A stretch of 64,000 nt of DNA from an uncultured delta proteobacterium (GCA_963815115.1 CAWFFN010000009.1:352001-416000), one strand, 5' to 3'; positions 30,123 to 41,387 are shown, counted from the first letter of the stretch. A program made the numbers and translations. Notes: a model not told the origin generated them from the sequence alone.

Positions 30123-30615
30123 ATGCAGCGCCGGCTGATGCTCATGCGGCAGGCGAAGAGCGCGTGGCAGTCACACGCGCCGACCGACCACGAGCGACCG
30201 CTCAACAGGCGCGGACGTCGCGATGCGCCGCGCGTGGGCAAGCGACTTGCCAAGCTTGGCTGGGTGCCGGAGCTCGTGGTGAGCTCGGACAGCCGCCGTA
30301 CCCAGGAGACGTGGGAGCGGATGCAGAAGCGCTTCCCGGAGACGCGCGTCAGCTTCACGCGGGCGCTCTATGTGGGGGGTTGGGTTGACGGAGCTGCGGA
30401 CGGAGGTCGCGCGCCTCTCGGCCGAGGTGCGCACCGTTCTGGTCCTCGGTCACAACCCAGGCTGGGAGAACGCGGTCAAGGCGCTCAGCGGCCGCGAGGT
30501 GCGGATCACGACGGCGAATGTCGTCCTGCTGAAGGGAGAGGGGGCGACCTGGGGCGAGGCGCTGCGGCGCGGCTCGTGGAGCGTCGCCGGCATCGTTCGT
30601 CCGAAGGAGCTCTGA
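30123..30615 (+). pseudogene. SixA-like histidine phosphatase, frameshifted at a poly-G run
   Basis: LMRQAKS (RH replaced by RQ), DHERPLN.RG, SS..RT.ET, VLGHNPG. Confidence 0.75.
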
Positions 30616-31194
30616 CGACCGGCCGTGTGGCCAGCCCCGTTGCCGTCGCCATCGCGCACCGGAGCGCCGCGACGATCGCCTTGGCCGGGTTGGCGTGTCG
30701 TCGGGCCACCTACTCCGCGGACCCGCGTGCCGAGAGCGCCTCCGTCTTCTCCAGGATGACCGCTCCGTTCAGGAAGTTGGGTAGCATACCTGCCACGGTC
30801 CCGGCCGACGAGCGTCTCCGCCTGCATGCTCGCGTTCGTCTTTAGCCAGTTCTGAGGACTGAACACCTTGCCGCTGGCCTGAGCCTGGTTGAGAGCTGTC
30901 TGGAGCGCGTTCTCCAGGCACGTCGCCGCCATCGGGAGGAAGTCGGCCGCGCTTTCGGCTGCGGACAACGTATATCGCGGTTCAACCACCATCGCTGGCT
31001 GCCTATTGGCGGCGGCGATCAGGGCCGAGATTGAGAAGAGGATATGGTACTGCACGTAGCCGTCGCCATAGCGGAGCCGATGATTGAAGGTGGAGATCTT
31101 CGCCGCCTCGCGGGGCAACAGCTCGCCGTCGACGTAGAGTTGCATCGTCGCATCGTAGGGTCCGCGCGCCGAGTCGACATGAGCGTCCGCGCGT

Positions 31195-31635
31195 TCAGCC
31201 GCAGACCGGCATCTGCCCGAGGGTGGTCACGGTGCAGGCGAGACCCGCACAGCAAAGCGTGATATTGCCGCATGGCGAGCCTGCCGGCAGGCAGGTCCCG
31301 TTGAGCTCTTGCGCGAGCTCCTCCGAGAATCGATCGACGAGCAGTGCGACGGACGGCGCGTCACCCGTGGCGCTGCATCCGCCCTTCGCGTCGATCTTGG
31401 CGAACGTCGTGCCGAGCGTCGCATGCGCGGCGTCGACGCAGGCGGGGTCCGGGTCGCTCCCCGTCTGGATCGCGTGGCGAAAGCATGTGTTCAGCGCCGA
31501 CGATGCCTTGAGCGCCGCATGCATCTTGGCGAACCCGCACGCGACGGCGGGGTCGAGCGACGCCGCGCTCGCACCCGCGGCGACGACCATGGTGAGCGCG
31601 ACGGCGCTGACCGATCGCATGATTGAAGTCTGCAT
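31195..31635 (-). CDS. Small secreted Cys-rich protein
   Basis: Signal peptide, RBS caggaggag, C-terminal knottin-like C-C-CC-C-C pattern. Confidence 0.75.
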   Translation of the reverse strand: MQTSIMRSVSAVALTMVVAAGASAASLDPAVACGFAKMHAALKASSALNTCFRHAIQTGSDPDPACVDAAHATLGTTFAKIDAKGGCSATGDAPSVALLVDRFSEELAQELNGTCLPAGSPCGNITLCCAGLACTVTTLGQMPVCG

Positions 31636-32176
31636 ATTCGTCTCCTCCTGCGTTGCGCGGTGGAGTGCCGGCGGTGTCCGGCGTCGCAACGCGTCAGCAC
31701 TCCTACGCGCGACGCGACCGTCCGGATGCGGCTCGACGCGACGATGGCGCTCGGACGCCGGCCCGAACGTGCACGCCGCGGAAACATCGATCTTCTCGCT
31801 CCCGGCGGGCGCGATATCCCGTCGCCGAGGCCGTTGCTTCCGATCCGGGTCGCCTTCACCACTAAATACGGTTAGCAAGCTCGTCGCTGCGAGCGCAGCC
31901 GGAGGGCGTCGCTATGCGCCGCAGGTGGCCGCAGGCCGTCTGGCGCTCACGGTCGGGTGTGGGCAACCGTGTTGGTGGCGTCACTGACAGCGGGTGGAGA
32001 TCACGGGCTCACGGACCGGGGAGTGCGACCGCCGGCGCGCTCGGTAGGCCGATCGGGCCGCCGCTGCGAGGCCGCCGGCGAAGTAGCGGTCCGCTACCCG
32101 AAAAGTAGCGGAAACAGAGAGATCGACCGTGAGGCGGGGCGGTCGCTCCCCGGACCCCGGCCGATCTGGAGGCACC

Positions 32177-33415
32177 ATGAGACGTCTCGACACATCGATG
32201 CTCGGCCCGCTCGGGGTCGCGGCACTGCTCGTTCTGCAAAGCGGCATGGCCGCGCTGGCCTCCACCCCGCCGACGATCTTTATCGACGACTCGCGGGACG
32301 GTGTGCAGTGCCCCGGGGCGCTAGACGTCGTCGACCTGTTCACGATGAACCCCTTTCCGGTCCAGGACGGCCAGACGATCACGTTCTGCTCCGGCGAGTA
32401 CAACGGGACGCTCGGCATCGACGGCGCGCACAACGTCACCATCACGGGCATGGTCGACCCGATGCTGGGCCCGCCGCGGATCATTCCGGCGCGGTTGGCG
32501 GGGAGCCTCGGCAGCGTCCTCCCGGACATTGTGAGCGTCAAGAACTCGACCAACGTGACGATCCGCAACCTCGGCCTGGACGGCGCGCCCAAGGGATCGA
32601 CCACGGCCAACTGGAACCCGGCCCTGACCGACGTGAACGGCATCCACGTCGTCAACTCCTCGGTCACGATCACCGACAACGCGATCTCGCGCATCCGCCC
32701 GCAGACGCCGAAAACGCAAGGTGGCACGGGGATCCTGGTCGAGGGCACCGCGTCGGCCGTTCAGGCGATCAACATCACCGACAACACGATCTATGACTTC
32801 AACGGCGCGGGTGTGGTCGTGAAGGGCTTCGCGGCCCGGTTCCACCCCATCATCACGGGGAACTTCATCTGGAGCGTCTTCGACGGCACCATGATGTCCG
32901 GGGTGCACCTGAGCGACGTCAGCACGGGAACGGTCTCGGGGAACTCGATCGCCGCCACGTTCAACTACGTGGATCTGCCCAACTGCCTCCTGTGCGGCAT
33001 CGGCGTCGAGCTGGAGCAGACCCAGCACGTGAAGGTCACCAACAACGACATCAGCTACGTCTTCGAGGGCATCCTGGTCGGTACGATCGGATCGCGTGAC
33101 GTGATCGACAACACCGTCACCGGCAACACGATCCTGGGAGCGCAACAGGGGATCGAGCTGTTCACCGGCGGTGCGATCCAGGTCGCGGACAACCAGATCA
33201 ACAACAACAAGGTGATCAAGTACGATCAGCAGCCGTCGCATGGCATCAGCATGTTCAGCTTCGACCCTGCGGAAACCATCCGCAACAACACGATTTCAGG
33301 CAACACCGTGCTCGGCTATGGTCCTCCCGATGCGGCGATAACGACCTTCGACCCGGATCCGGCCCACTTCAAGATCAAGAGCAACAAGTTCGGCTTCGCG
33401 ACCGGGGTGCAATGA
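32177..33415 (+). CDS. Secreted right-handed parallel beta-helix protein
   Basis: Repeated ITDN.I / VTGNTI / GI.V motifs; signal peptide. Confidence 0.88.
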   Translation: MRRLDTSMLGPLGVAALLVLQSGMAALASTPPTIFIDDSRDGVQCPGALDVVDLFTMNPFPVQDGQTITFCSGEYNGTLGIDGAHNVTITGMVDPMLGPPRIIPARLAGSLGSVLPDIVSVKNSTNVTIRNLGLDGAPKGSTTANWNPALTDVNGIHVVNSSVTITDNAISRIRPQTPKTQGGTGILVEGTASAVQAINITDNTIYDFNGAGVVVKGFAARFHPIITGNFIWSVFDGTMMSGVHLSDVSTGTVSGNSIAATFNYVDLPNCLLCGIGVELEQTQHVKVTNNDISYVFEGILVGTIGSRDVIDNTVTGNTILGAQQGIELFTGGAIQVADNQINNNKVIKYDQQPSHGISMFSFDPAETIRNNTISGNTVLGYGPPDAAITTFDPDPAHFKIKSNKFGFATGVQ

Positions 33416-33819
33416 ACGGAGGCACCAGAGAGGGTGATCGAGGCATCGGTCGGAAGATAGTGTGGACACGCCGCGCCGGCAGGGGCTCCGGGGGGACCGT
33501 CGCCAGCGGGTGACGTACGGGGCCCAAGCCGAAGGCCGCCTCTCCCCAGGGCGATGCTCCGCCGCGAAGACGGCGGGAGGTTGGAGCGCCGGCTACGACC
33601 GGTAGGTCGCCGAACGGATCTGCCACGGATCCGATCGGCTGGTATGCGTAGCCGCGAAACTCACCGGGCCGTCCGGTGGCATCCTTGCCGATCACTTTCG
33701 TGCCGCTTGTCTGCTTCTTGTCTCCGGGTCCGCAGATATCACACGTCATAGCGGGACTCCCTACTGCACCGACCCGATCGCGCTCACGACGGAGCCCGCT
33801 GCTTCAGCTCGTCGAGCAG

Positions 33820-34075
33820 GCGCGCCGCCGCGGCCTCGGGTACACCGAGCAAGCGGTGCGCGACGCCGGTCCGCAAAACGTCACCATCCTGCGGCCGTCG
33901 CTGCTCATCGGCGAGCGCGCCGATTCGCGGCCGATGGAGCGCCTGGGAATCCTCGCGGCGCCGCTCCTCGACACCATGCTCCTCGGCCCTTTCGCCAAGT
34001 ATCGTTCGGTCAGGGCCCGGGACGTCGCCCGGGCCGTGAAGACTCTGGCGGCCTCACCCGCCGGCTTCGCATCGT
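33820..34075 (+). pseudogene. NAD(P)-binding oxidoreductase (TIP30/YraR-like) C-terminal fragment
   Basis: TILRPSLLIGER...KYRSVRARDVARA. Confidence 0.65.
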
Positions 34076-34537
34076 CGACTCGGCGGAGATCCGCCGCATC
34101 GCGGCGACGGGCTCCTGACGATCCGTTTGGATCATTCCTTGTTGAGATAGTGCTTTTCCAGGAACTCCGAGCGGAATATCTGCGGCGGCACCGGCCGGTC
34201 CGGCCGCCCTTTCCATGACGCGGCCTTGGGCCTGCTCGGTTGGCTGCCCTATGATGTTGAGGTCGGCTGCGCCAGCCCGCGGTCTACGGTGCGAGACTGT
34301 TCGCCGCATCCCTGTTCGAGCAGGTGTGTACCGCGGTGGTTGACCGGCTTCGTCGTCCGCGTAAGTTCCTTTCGCAGAACCGAGATCTGCGCACGAGGAT
34401 GGACGTGTCACCTGTCCGGCGCTACGCTGGCGACCACGCTGGAGAAACGGGGGTGCCGCGTGATGCACCGACCGCCTCCTGTGATGTACTCGACCGAGCT
34501 TGATCGATCAGTTGCGGGAATGGAGCGAGGCGACACC

Positions 34538-34993
34538 GTGTCGGACGACGTAGCGGGCGCGACCGAGATGGTCGAGACGCCCTTCGGTCAAGCGCCGCGC
34601 TGCGCCGGCGTCTCCAAGACGACCGGGAAACGGTGCGGCAAGGCTGCCCGCCAAGGCGGGAAAACCTGCGCCATCCACGGCACGGCGGGCTCCGGCTACT
34701 GGTCGCGCGACGGCAACCCCGAAGACCCACGGCTGTTTGCCACGGCCGGGGGGGCGTACCGCGCTGACCCGAGCGAGGTCGTTGTCAGCTTCCTTGTTGC
34801 CCAGGAGCGCGCGCTACGCATCCGCCGCCAGGCCGCGGAGGTCGATGCCATCTCGATCGATCTGGTGGGGGGTCTTGTCGCGGGCATGCTGGATGTCCTC
34901 GCCAGGTACGTCCCGCGGGAGCGCGAACTCGAAGCCCTCGGCGAGCTGTACTCATGGCAAGCGACCTTGGTGCCGGGGCTCGTCAGGCTCTGA
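34538..34993 (+). CDS. Hypothetical protein with C-C-C-H (HGGxSTG-like) motif
   Basis: RCAGVSKTTGKRC...TCAIHG. Confidence 0.6.
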   Translation: MSDDVAGATEMVETPFGQAPRCAGVSKTTGKRCGKAARQGGKTCAIHGTAGSGYWSRDGNPEDPRLFATAGGAYRADPSEVVVSFLVAQERALRIRRQAAEVDAISIDLVGGLVAGMLDVLARYVPRERELEALGELYSWQATLVPGLVRL

Positions 34994-35100
34994 GACGTGG
35001 GGTTTGTGCGGCCGAGGGTGAGGGGCATCGTCGTCGGTTCCGGGAATCGGGAGCCCCTTCTGTTCCCTCGAAGTCAAGTCTATGAGAATGACGATTCTCA

Positions 35101-36096
35101 ATGACCATGCCCCGACCCACCCATCGACCGACCGACCCTCCCCACGAGCTCGTGCCAGGCGCCCGCGTCGACCACCTGGTCGCGAAGCTGCCCCGCGGCA
35201 CCCGGTCGCCCGCCGAGCGCTACGTCGCCGGGCTCGCGCCGGGTAGCCGCCGGGCACAGGCGGCAGCGCTCGTTCGGCTCGCCCGCCTGCTCGGCAGCGA
35301 CGACCCGCGGGCGGTCGCGTGGTGGAAGCTCACCCCCGACCTGATCGACGCCATCCGGGCGAAGCTCGTCGACCACGGAGCTCCGGCGACAGTTAACCGC
35401 GTTCTGTCGGCCCTTCGGGGTACCCTCCGAGCCGCATGGCGGGCCGGCATGATGGATGGTGCCAGCTACCACGCGGCACGCGACGTCCGCGGCGCTCGGG
35501 GCTCGCGGCTGCCGCGGGGGCGCGCCCTCGGGCCGGAAGAATGGCGACGCCTCTTCCGCGAGATCGGGCACGAGCGGTCGCCGATGCGCGAGCGGGACAC
35601 GGCGCTGGTCGCGCTCGCGTATGCAGGCGGCTTCCGCCGTGCCGAGCTCGTGGCGCTCGACCTCGCAGACTACGACCGTGACTCGGGGCGCCTGCGCGTC
35701 ATCGGGAAAGGCAACAAGGAACGCGCCGTGTTCGTCGCCAACGGGGCGCGGGATACGCTGCACGCGTGGCTGCGGGTGCGCGGCCGGGAGCCCGGTCCGC
35801 TACTGTTGCCCGTCGATCGCCACGGGCGTGTGCTGTCCCGCCGGCTCACCGAGCAAACGGTCTACGATCGCCTTCACTACCTCGCCGGGCGCGCAGGCGT
35901 CGCGGCCTTCTCGCCCCATGACTGCCGGCGCTCGCTCGCAGGCGATCTGCTCGACGCGGGCGTGGACCTGGCGACGGTGCAGGCGCTGCTCGGGCATGCG
36001 AGCCCGGCGACGACGGCGCGCTATGATCGCCGCGGCGAGCGCGCCGTGCGTCAGGCAGCCGACCGGGTGCAGGTGCCCTACGTAGGCATCGCATGA
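35101..36096 (+). CDS. Tyrosine recombinase/integrase
   Basis: GFRRAEL, GKGNKER, HDCRR, LLGHAS..TTARY. Confidence 0.95.
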   Translation: MTMPRPTHRPTDPPHELVPGARVDHLVAKLPRGTRSPAERYVAGLAPGSRRAQAAALVRLARLLGSDDPRAVAWWKLTPDLIDAIRAKLVDHGAPATVNRVLSALRGTLRAAWRAGMMDGASYHAARDVRGARGSRLPRGRALGPEEWRRLFREIGHERSPMRERDTALVALAYAGGFRRAELVALDLADYDRDSGRLRVIGKGNKERAVFVANGARDTLHAWLRVRGREPGPLLLPVDRHGRVLSRRLTEQTVYDRLHYLAGRAGVAAFSPHDCRRSLAGDLLDAGVDLATVQALLGHASPATTARYDRRGERAVRQAADRVQVPYVGIA

Positions 36097-36279
36097 CGCC
36101 GCGGAGGGCGACCTTCCTCTTCGGCTGGCGGCGGACGGAACTACCACCGCGATACACCTTCGTCGAAAGGCAGCCGGACTCAGCTCCCTCGTCCAGACAG
36201 TCTGGGCCCGCGCTGGAGTCTGTGAGGCCGCCATTTCCTCTTAACCGCTTCCCCGCGATCATCGGATAGACTTTGCGCA

Positions 36280-36438
36280 ATGTCGCCGATCCACGAAGCA
36301 GTTCTACACGCGCTGTATCGCTGTGAGGTGACCGCCGAGGAGCACCTTGCGCATCTCACGGGACTTCCCGTCGACACGGTGATCAGAGTGCTGCGCGACT
36401 TGGAAGCGGAGGGGTTCGTTCAGCCGGAATCGGATTGA
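36280..36438 (+). CDS. Small winged-HTH protein (below the ORF-track cutoff)
   Basis: MSPIHEAVLHALY...LAHLTGLPVDTVIRVLRDLEAEGFV. Confidence 0.55.
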   Translation: MSPIHEAVLHALYRCEVTAEEHLAHLTGLPVDTVIRVLRDLEAEGFVQPESD

Positions 36439-36462
36439 GTGGGGGCGGGGGAATCGAACCCC
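36439..36462 (-). other. tmRNA/tRNA 3'-end remnant, candidate att site
   Basis: Reverse complement ggggttcgattcccccgcccccac, about 340 bp from the integrase. Confidence 0.6.
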
Positions 36463-36874
36463 AACCGCGGATGCGCCGCTCGAAGCCTGAAGTGATCGAA
36501 ACACAAGCGGATTCCAGCGCTTGATCACTCGCCTCCACGGCGACCCCGAGCCCAAAACGGCCCGCCAGGACCCCGCGAGAACCCCAGGATTTCGGGACGA
36601 GTCCCGATCTGTTTTGGGACCGGGTGCCCTCCCCGGCCATCGTCCGCAACGAGGAAGCTCAGCACCGCAACCAGTACAGTGTCCGTTGCTTCCGAAGCGC
36701 CGCGTCGATCGATCGTCGCTCCGGACACGAGCCGCTCGACGACCGTGAGTGGGGCTCCGCGTCGCTCCGGCCGACCGAGCCCTCACGGCAGAGACTGACC
36801 GAAGTCGGGGTCGAACGGCTGGCGGTCGGGTTCGCAGACGGTCCAGAGCCTCCTCGCCCCGGCTCACACGCTCG

Positions 36875-37160
36875 AGCGAAGACCGTGTCGGCATCGACCT
36901 CGTCTGCTCCCCCGAGGCGCTTCACGCCGAATCCCTTCGCGTAGATCACCTCGTCGTCCTTACGATCGCGATCGCCATGCCCGGGACGTCCCACTGCTGC
37001 TGCGCCGCCCGCGCGAAGGTCTCGAGCCGGGCGAGGCGGTCGGCCTGCTGCGCCGTCGGCTCGGCACCGATGCCGTCGCGTGCTCCTGGGAGCGTCATGG
37101 CGACGATCACCATCGCCGCCGTCAGCGGACGACCACACCTGAACGAGCTTCGATGCATCA
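36875..37160 (-). pseudogene. Serine hydrolase (beta-lactamase fold) N-terminal fragment
   Basis: WDVPGMAIAIV / KDDEVIYAKGFGV...VDADTVF; ends before the SxxK motif. Confidence 0.7.
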
Positions 37161-37169
37161 CTTTGCTCG

Positions 37170-40100
37170 CTATCCGGCGCAGAACTGCGCCGGCGGGATG
37201 GGCGTGGTCGCGCATGCGCCGAGCAGCTCGTCCGGGGCCCTGATCAGGGGCGCGTTCCAGCCCGGGTCGCTCTGGCGGAGGCACTGCGGCACGGGTCGAT
37301 GGTCCTGATCGTCGGCCACGAAGCAGCCGCGTTGCCCTGGGCTTTCACAGGCGGGCGGGAACTTCAGGCCGAACGCGTACGCGCCGCCGTACGGATTTGT
37401 TCCCGACGGCCAGTCGACGTCCTTCCCGGCCCATTTGGCGCACAGGTCGTTGTCCTTGCAGATGTCCACGAAGTCGCTGCTCGGGTTGCACTCGCAGCCC
37501 TTCTTGCCGAGCATGCAGAAGCTCGCCGGCTGGCAGAAGTCCTGCTGCGCCTTCGCGAACTCCGTCTTGAACTGGTCGAATCCCATGTCGATCGTGACGG
37601 TCAGGATGCCGCTGCCGGGGTCGTACGTGCGCACCCAGCCCGGCGGCCACGTCATGTGATCCTCGGCGACCTGGAAGTTGATGGTGCTCGGGAACACGCG
37701 CGCCAGGAAGACGTTCTGATCGGCCCAGTTCGCCGCCAGGCGGGTCCCGAGCCAGAGCTGGTAGGTCTGGTGGGTGGTCGGCGTCGCGTAGACGAAGAGG
37801 ACGTAGTACGTGCGGTCGGCCTCGAAGATATTCTTGTGCGGGCTGCCGGCCTGCGTGGTCGGACCGGCCGCCGTGTCGATGTAGTAGACGCCGTTGTTCG
37901 CGGTCAGCGTGCTGCGCTGCCAGAGGTCGCCGCCCATCATCCGGATCGACTGCTCGCGGCCGGGCTGCTGCTCGGCGCTGGTCAGCCCCTGACGATAGAG
38001 CGGCACCCCGTAACACATGGGGTTGGCGCAGTCGCTGTACCAGTTCGGATTCTGGTACGGGGGCGGGTCCGGGGGAGCGTTCTTCCCGCACGGCGGCTCC
38101 CCCGGCGGCGGCCCGTTCAAGCGCGCGCATGCCGGATACACCGCGGTCGTCAGGTACTCGTACGGGCTCGTCTTCGCCGTGCCCGGCGGAAAGCCCGTGG
38201 GGGGGTTCGCGATGTCGGAGGCACACTCGAGCGCCTCGTTCGGCACGTCGAAGTAGGTGTCGAAGTTCACCGAGATCGTCTCGCGCGTTGCCCCTTTCGC
38301 GCCGTTCGGATTCGCGAGCAGGCCGGTCAACGAGCCGTCGTCGTCGTTGAGCACCGTCTGTCGATCCACGTCGGTAAACCCCTTGAACAACCCCTCGGCC
38401 GGGTCGGTCGGCGTGGGATAGGTGCAGTAGCGCTCCTTCACGCGCGTGGGGTCGGTGTCCTGGGTGCCGGGAGTGAACTCCGGCAGGATGACGAAATGGC
38501 GGATATCGGCGTTGTCGAAGAACAGTTTCTGGGAGTGGAACGCCGGGGGATAGAAAAAGCCGTTGGGCTGCTTCCACCCGATCGATGCGTTCGGCAGGTA
38601 GCAGGTGCCGGTCGCGTCCTTCGGCATCCCGCCGAGGCGGCCGTACAGCTTCATCGCGCCGGGGCACGAATTGCCCTGGGTCTTCTGACACGTGGCCGGC
38701 GTCAGGTCCGGGAGCTTCGTCGGCACGATGTCGAGGTAGGCGTTCGAGTCCTGGTACGACGGTCCGTCGTAGACGCTGAACAGCCGCTCGTTGGTGGCGA
38801 AGTTCGAGACGTTGAAGTTGACGCCGCTCTCCGGCTCGATGCAATGATTCGGGACGGCGTTCAACGTGGCGTCGTTGATCGGGCATTGCAGCCCCGACTT
38901 GGGATTGAACGGCCCGACGTCCGCCGCGAACGGGTTCGCGTTCGGGTCCTCGCTCGGGTCCGGCTGCGTGCGGCCCACGAAGGCGCTCTTCGCCGCCACG
39001 GACCACACGCCGTCGATGACCGAGGACCGGGTGTAGTCGCCGCCGGTGACGAAGGTGAGGCCGCCGTTCTGCACGTCGGTGATCGCGCTGTTCGACAGCA
39101 CGAACCAGAACTGTCGCAGCCAGACCGCGGCGAAGTTCGTATCTGCCCAGTTGAACGACGTCGTGTAGTGGTCGAGCACCGTGACCATGCAGTTCCGGAG
39201 CTGGCTGTCCTTCGGAAGCGGGGGCGGGAAGCCGTTGGAGGCGCATTTGGGGAACAGGGCGACGTTCCCGCAATCGAAGTCGGTCACCTTGGTGGGGTCG
39301 TCACCGCAGCGGGTCGCCGGCCGCGACGCACCCAGGTCCACGCGCGGATAGTACACGTCGAGCGCGGGGTTGCCCTGCGGCGCGGGCCCATTCGGGATGG
39401 GCTCGAGATGCTCCTTGTCCTTGTCCTTCGGATCGGAGCGGGGGGCGACGCCGAAGCACTGGGCGAACTGCCCGACCGTCTGGAACGAGTTCATCGCCGA
39501 GACGCACGTGTTGCCGATGAAGCTCTTGAGCGGCGTCGTTCCGGCGTTGCCGACGCTGCTCTGCATGGAGGCGTATCCCGTCCAGGCCATCTTCGAGTAC
39601 GGCGCGCAGATGAAGCCCGCGCCGTTCGATAGCTCGCACTCGGGTTTGCCAGGCGGTGGCGGCGGTGGCTGATTGAGGCACGCCGCGCCGCGCTGTTTCG
39701 TCGTCGGGTTGTAGCAGGTGAACGAATTCTCGGTTCCGCTGTTGTATCCCGGGACGAGCCAGTAACAGACGCCGCAGCTGCCCGCGCCGGCGGCGAAGTT
39801 GTACTGGAAGTCGTTCCATCCGTTCATGATCCAGAACACGCTCGGCGTCTCGGCATCGGAGTGATACGGCGTGAGGTGCTGGTGGTCCGGAAACGCCGCC
39901 GAGAGGATGCCCGGCACCTTGCGGGGATTCGGCGGCCCCTCGACTGCGGCGCGGGCGAAGATGCCGATGTTCGAGTACAGCTTGTTGTCGGTCTCCGTGC
40001 CGTCCTCGATGTAGTAGCCGTGGCCGATGGAGAGGTACCCGACGTTACGCGCGAGGAGGACGCCCTGGGTCGCATGCAGCGTGTACCAGCGCGTCATCGA

Positions 40101-41387
40101 GTCGTGCACCGAGCAGTCCTTCACGAACGTGTCGTTCGAGGCGTTCCGGACCATGTGGAAGTGCACCGGATAGTGGCCGATCCGTCCGCCCTGTCCGGCC
40201 TGGAAGAGCTCGACGCCCTGCATCTGGTAGGCCTTGTACCCCTGGCGCACCAGCGTATGGACGCCGAACGAGTAGCCGGTGCTCTCCGGCAGGAAGTCGT
40301 CGTCCTTCGTGTCGCCGCCCGAGATGATGCGCACGCTGCGCGAGAGGAGCGCCACCGCGGCGCGGGTATCGACGGTATCGATGTTGAGCTTCAGGCGCTT
40401 GATTCCCGGATGCGCCTTGTTGCTGAGAGAGTACTCCTCTCCCCAGTGGTGAAACATGACCCCGCACTCCGCCGAGCCGTCGAGGCAGGTGGCCCGCGTG
40501 AACTCGAGCTTCGTGCGTTTCTTCGCCAGATTCACGATCGTCCCGGTGATGACGAGCTCCTCGGAGTGCGACGGGAGGTAGTCCGTCGTGGTGACGACGA
40601 TGTGATCGCCCTCGCGCCAGTCGACCACGCCGTCGACGAAGAGCGTCGTGTCGCCGGGCTTGAGCGATCCATCGAGCCGCCCCCAGCTGCGTCCGGAGTT
40701 GGCCGGGTTCTTGTCCCCCGCGCCGTACAGGGCACCGCGCTTGCCGAAGATGCGAAGCGTCCCGCCGTAGGAGACTGCGAGGACCTTGGAGCCGAAGTAG
40801 CTGGGCGCGTCGTTCGCCGTCCCCGTGGTGAGCGGCATGACGTCGTAGTTGTAGAAGTAGTCCATCCCGCCTGGCAGCATCGACTGCACCGGCGGTTTCG
40901 TGGGATCGGCGTTCGAGTTCCAGATCGCCGGATCGACGCCGCACGTCGGTCCCGATTTGCACTTGATCGGCTCGTCGCCGTCCTTGCCGTATATCTCGAT
41001 CGTGAGCTTCGAGTGCGGGCGCGTCCCGATGGGATGAGGCTCGTGCCTCGACGACGACCAGCCGGCGAGCAGATAGCCGTAGTTCTCGACCAGGATCGAA
41101 TGCGCCTTGAAGTCGATCGTGGCGTCCCTGAATCTGAGCGTGGCGGGCGCCTCTGCGGTGCCGTAGATGTTGACGTTGCCGTAGTTGTAGTGGCCCGCGC
41201 CCACCGTGCAGGTGCCCAGCACCTCCAGGTCGTCGCCATTGCCGCCATGTGGTAGCGCGGCTTTGCCCTCGCCTTCGGGAGGACACATCACCGTGGCGTG
41301 GACGTCGCCGGTTGCCGCGATGACGATCGCTCCCACCATCAGCGTCGCCAGGAGTGCGTGGCACGTTGCTCTGCGGCCGTGGTACAT
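37170..41387 (-). CDS. Large secreted G8-domain/beta-helix protein (TMEM2/CEMIP-like)
   Basis: SWGRL, DW..GD.IVVTTTDY, AAVALLSRS..I, GQGG.IGHYPVHFH, SIGHGYYIEDG.ET.N, FWIMN. Confidence 0.85.
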   Translation of the reverse strand: MYHGRRATCHALLATLMVGAIVIAATGDVHATVMCPPEGEGKAALPHGGNGDDLEVLGTCTVGAGHYNYGNVNIYGTAEAPATLRFRDATIDFKAHSILVENYGYLLAGWSSSRHEPHPIGTRPHSKLTIEIYGKDGDEPIKCKSGPTCGVDPAIWNSNADPTKPPVQSMLPGGMDYFYNYDVMPLTTGTANDAPSYFGSKVLAVSYGGTLRIFGKRGALYGAGDKNPANSGRSWGRLDGSLKPGDTTLFVDGVVDWREGDHIVVTTTDYLPSHSEELVITGTIVNLAKKRTKLEFTRATCLDGSAECGVMFHHWGEEYSLSNKAHPGIKRLKLNIDTVDTRAAVALLSRSVRIISGGDTKDDDFLPESTGYSFGVHTLVRQGYKAYQMQGVELFQAGQGGRIGHYPVHFHMVRNASNDTFVKDCSVHDSMTRWYTLHATQGVLLARNVGYLSIGHGYYIEDGTETDNKLYSNIGIFARAAVEGPPNPRKVPGILSAAFPDHQHLTPYHSDAETPSVFWIMNGWNDFQYNFAAGAGSCGVCYWLVPGYNSGTENSFTCYNPTTKQRGAACLNQPPPPPPGKPECELSNGAGFICAPYSKMAWTGYASMQSSVGNAGTTPLKSFIGNTCVSAMNSFQTVGQFAQCFGVAPRSDPKDKDKEHLEPIPNGPAPQGNPALDVYYPRVDLGASRPATRCGDDPTKVTDFDCGNVALFPKCASNGFPPPLPKDSQLRNCMVTVLDHYTTSFNWADTNFAAVWLRQFWFVLSNSAITDVQNGGLTFVTGGDYTRSSVIDGVWSVAAKSAFVGRTQPDPSEDPNANPFAADVGPFNPKSGLQCPINDATLNAVPNHCIEPESGVNFNVSNFATNERLFSVYDGPSYQDSNAYLDIVPTKLPDLTPATCQKTQGNSCPGAMKLYGRLGGMPKDATGTCYLPNASIGWKQPNGFFYPPAFHSQKLFFDNADIRHFVILPEFTPGTQDTDPTRVKERYCTYPTPTDPAEGLFKGFTDVDRQTVLNDDDGSLTGLLANPNGAKGATRETISVNFDTYFDVPNEALECASDIANPPTGFPPGTAKTSPYEYLTTAVYPACARLNGPPPGEPPCGKNAPPDPPPYQNPNWYSDCANPMCYGVPLYRQGLTSAEQQPGREQSIRMMGGDLWQRSTLTANNGVYYIDTAAGPTTQAGSPHKNIFEADRTYYVLFVYATPTTHQTYQLWLGTRLAANWADQNVFLARVFPSTINFQVAEDHMTWPPGWVRTYDPGSGILTVTIDMGFDQFKTEFAKAQQDFCQPASFCMLGKKGCECNPSSDFVDICKDNDLCAKWAGKDVDWPSGTNPYGGAYAFGLKFPPACESPGQRGCFVADDQDHRPVPQCLRQSDPGWNAPLIRAPDELLGACATTPIPPAQFCAG

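Noticed and set aside
37299-41255. Long plus-strand ORFs (777 and 464 aa) and similar ORFs such as 59199-61232
   Set aside because: Antisense shadows of GC-rich real genes, with no recognisable motifs.
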